NCBI GenBank assembly: GCA_012295275.1
Contig: CM022667.1
Span: 1,488,001 to 1,552,000 of the forward strand
Direction of reading: 5' to 3'
Length of the DNA stretch: 64,000 nucleotides
Source of the DNA: Chrysomallon squamiferum
Lineage: Eukaryota > Animalia > Mollusca
Of this stretch, positions 52,380 through 64,000 are shown piece by piece. Under the pieces are notes generated by a model. It worked only from the letters and a program-made list of their open reading frames with translations, searched no databases and was not told where the DNA came from. Numbering within the stretch: the first letter of the stretch is position 1; the number at the start of each line of letters is the position of its first letter. The position numbers were made by a program, and so were the translations under genes.

Positions 52380-54184
52380 CACGTAACAGTTTTGAGTTCA
52401 ATAACTGACGTACATAAAGAAAATGCAACAATGTGCATTACTTTCGAATTAATAAAAACTATATATACCTAGAAAATACAGTCAGGAGTTTTTGATATTC
52501 GTATTTTCAACGTATCTGTTATAAATTTAACATTCATTTTGCTTTTACTAACAGAACACTTTCCATATACTTTTTATATTGAAGATTATCATTCTAATTT
52601 TCAGCTTTAAGTATTGTTTAATATCGAACCATTTCACCTCTCAAAAACGTCAGTCTGGCCTTTTCAGTATTGGTTTTATTCTCCATACTGTCATGTTCAC
52701 ACATTACAACCGATTTGCTACTCATATTAACAAATCTGCATCCACAGGAAATAAAATTTTACCACTTTTGAAAGACAACATTTGTCAGATTTGTTTATGC
52801 TTGTGGTAAATAGTCTACATAGAAGTTTTATAATCTTCTCTTTTTTTCTTTTGTATGTTGCTAACTTTGTGCAGTAAAATTATTCTTCGATTTTAATTAA
52901 GAACAAAACGTAAAACTAAGCCGGAGATGAACTTAAAACGTGAAAGGTCGATCTAAGGAAATTACGACAAATAATCGTAAACGAGTCTTGGCACTGTTTA
53001 CACATTCCTGTGCATCACAGACGCAGAGTGATTACCGTAAAGCATAGCATATAGGCCGATAAGTTATAAATACAGCATTGCAACGAAAAACGTGCGTATA
53101 GTTAAATCTTTCTTTTATTCTTGTTTATATTATTTTAAACGACTGTAGATAATTTAAATGAATTTACTATATACATAATAATAATAATAATAATATAATA
53201 ATAATAATAGAACAAAATCATAAATACATAATTATAAAAATTAAAATGTGAAATTCACATGCCAAAACAAATTCTAAAAATAAAATCAGTGTTGCTTATC
53301 AATATAAATAGTATTATTTTTTGTTTGTTAATTGCATTTTTCTAATTATTTGCGATGACGTCGCGATTAGACATTATTATTCAGATATTTAACAAAAGAG
53401 GCTATTTATTGTCAAACTTTGTTATTAGGAATGACTGGTCGCTAAAACTAATAAAATACTAATTTGGAATTATTTAAAATATGTTCAGAACTGTTTATAA
53501 AACCAGTGGTACATTTTAAAATATTATTTATTAGAATAAAAAAAATTTGGTAATCTCCAAAACATATAGCGCGTACTTACAAAAAATAAAATTTAATTTA
53601 ATCTCAGATTTAATTTAAATTACACAATGTATATAATAATGATAATATTTTGAAACTTTACTGGAAAAACATTTAAAAGAATTTTACAGTGTATTGCATA
53701 GTATCTTTTTCTTTAATTTAAAGTTTGTATAAAAATTAAAATAAATAAAAATTACTATAGACTAATGATAAACTTTCATCCGAACTGAATAAACTAGCAT
53801 TCGGACTAAAAGGTTATTTTATATAGTTTTCTACAAATTATATTAGTCATGTAGGGTTTTTGTAAAGGGAAATAACTCAGTCAATTATTCCATAAAGGTC
53901 GATCCTGAGCGCCGCTTATCTGATAAATGTTTCACGTTTGGGATACTTCCCCTAATCTTTTAATAATAACAGACATTTAATAATATTTTAGCTAATGCTA
54001 ATAAAATATGGACAGATAACTCTAAACGGTCCGTATTGCGATCCATTATTGATCATGGGTAGTGACGAAGACTGAAGTAGTAACTGATAACCTTTGATCT
54101 TCGCTGTTATCAGAGTTACTTCTCTTTGAGAGTCGGTGGGCGGTTTCTATGATTTCATTCTGCAGCTAATATAAATCGAGTAAC

Positions 54185-62613
<8,429 letters not shown>

Positions 62614-64000
62614 CTGTCAAGTCACCGAGGATTATCAGTTAATCTTGTCATTGCATCTTAATAGTGGTACAGAGGAGTATTGTGTTTACACATTCCTTTA
62701 TTTAGTACTTAAAAACCAAGGTAAGCAGGTAAAGAGAAAAAAAAACAGTTGGTCTAGAGGTGTATTATTTAGACATTTTATTTATTTAATATGTTAAAAC
62801 CAAGATATCCTGGTTAAAAAAAAGAGAACACGAAGAAACTGATCACACAAGTGTACTTAAATTTGTTATGCCTAGGGTACATTTAAATTTTAATCCTGTG
62901 GTTTATAATGCTCGAAAAGTGCAATATATTTTGTTTTCCCCATGGAATGTCTGTGATAGACCAAATATTTGTATTAAAATTAATATTTCAATAATGTATT
63001 AAATATTCGTTGGGTTTTAAATCAGTTGATGAGAATTAATATTTTGGTTTTATTTTAGTGGGTATGCACATTTTTATAAATTAGCACTTTTGTAATTATA
63101 TACAATTTTTTGATGCTTGGTTTTGTTTTGAATGTAAGATTATATTATTGATTCATATTGATATTATATAAGATTTTTATCCATGACAATTGATTACAAA
63201 TCTTTAGGTGCCAATCATGTATCTCTGAAAGATAATTTTTTTTATTATGAATTTTATAGTAATTTTTACTCCATCATGATTTTTGAATCTTCGTTATCTG
63301 CAGTGTGTACACACTTTGAATCATGTGATAAAATCAGATATCTTCATGAAAAACGATTATGTAAAAACTTGTTTCAGTTTTCGTTAAAATGAACGAAACA
63401 AAAAAGTTTTATCATTTTGTAAAAGTTTATTTCTGAAAATGAAACTACTTCTGTCTTCTTTTCTTTGAGCCTGAAAGTTGGAAAAAGAAAGAAACCAGTG
63501 TTTTATTTTTTAAAATTCAAAAATAATATTAGTCTCATGACATGGAAAAGAGCATTTGATTATTAATCATATATCCAAAAACATGATTTGTACTGTACTT
63601 CTTAGATTATCATTTACAAATTAATGTTCAATATCTCACTTCTTCAAAATTCTTAACTACGTATTACCCAGAAAATTATTTTCTGTTTCAAATACAATTT
63701 TTTTTTTTTTGTATAAATTGAGTTCATCCTATCATCTGATCAATGAAAGCCAATAATACAATCTCAGATTGAAATTAAATACTAAAAAGTAAATTGATAT
63801 CATACCTTTTTTGCCTTTTGTAGACTGAAATAAAACAAATTTTTTTTTTTTTTATTGTTATGAACCATATAATGTAATTCAATGATCATGTGATCAGTAT
63901 TGTTTTTCATGTCTCAGTTTTATCAGAAACTTTGTTAAGTTTGTTTTGTTTGTAATAAATTATATATAAACTGATTAGTGATTTTGTTTTTAAATTGAAT

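Overview
AT-rich, microsatellite-laden animal genomic DNA with GT-AG spliceosomal introns; a lophotrochozoan such as a mollusc is my inference from composition and protein style. Left to right: (1) probable first coding exon of a minus-strand gene running off the left edge; (2) a two-coding-exon SPATA2/tamozhennic-like gene (-; PUB domain plus two RanBP2/NZF-type zinc fingers); (3) an unidentified exon-like, possibly decayed region at about 10.2-12.6 kb; (4) intronless carboxypeptidase Q (+) followed by a deleted partial duplicate; (5) CHMP4/Snf7 (+, 5 exons); (6) WDR7/Rabconnectin-3beta (-, 25 phase-consistent coding exons, about 1527 aa); (7) intronless GFOD1 (-); (8) GALNS (+, 14 exon positions). 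Best observations: a tandem-duplicated GALNS exon 9 that looks mutually exclusive and changes residues beside the active-site lysine, three frame-preserving candidate cassette/micro-exons in WDR7, and clustering of endolysosomal genes with a few CLEAR-like E-boxes. Frameshifts and stops in the SPATA2-like gene and GALNS are all homopolymer-length changes and are probably assembly errors. All exon coordinates were derived by hand and no database search was run.
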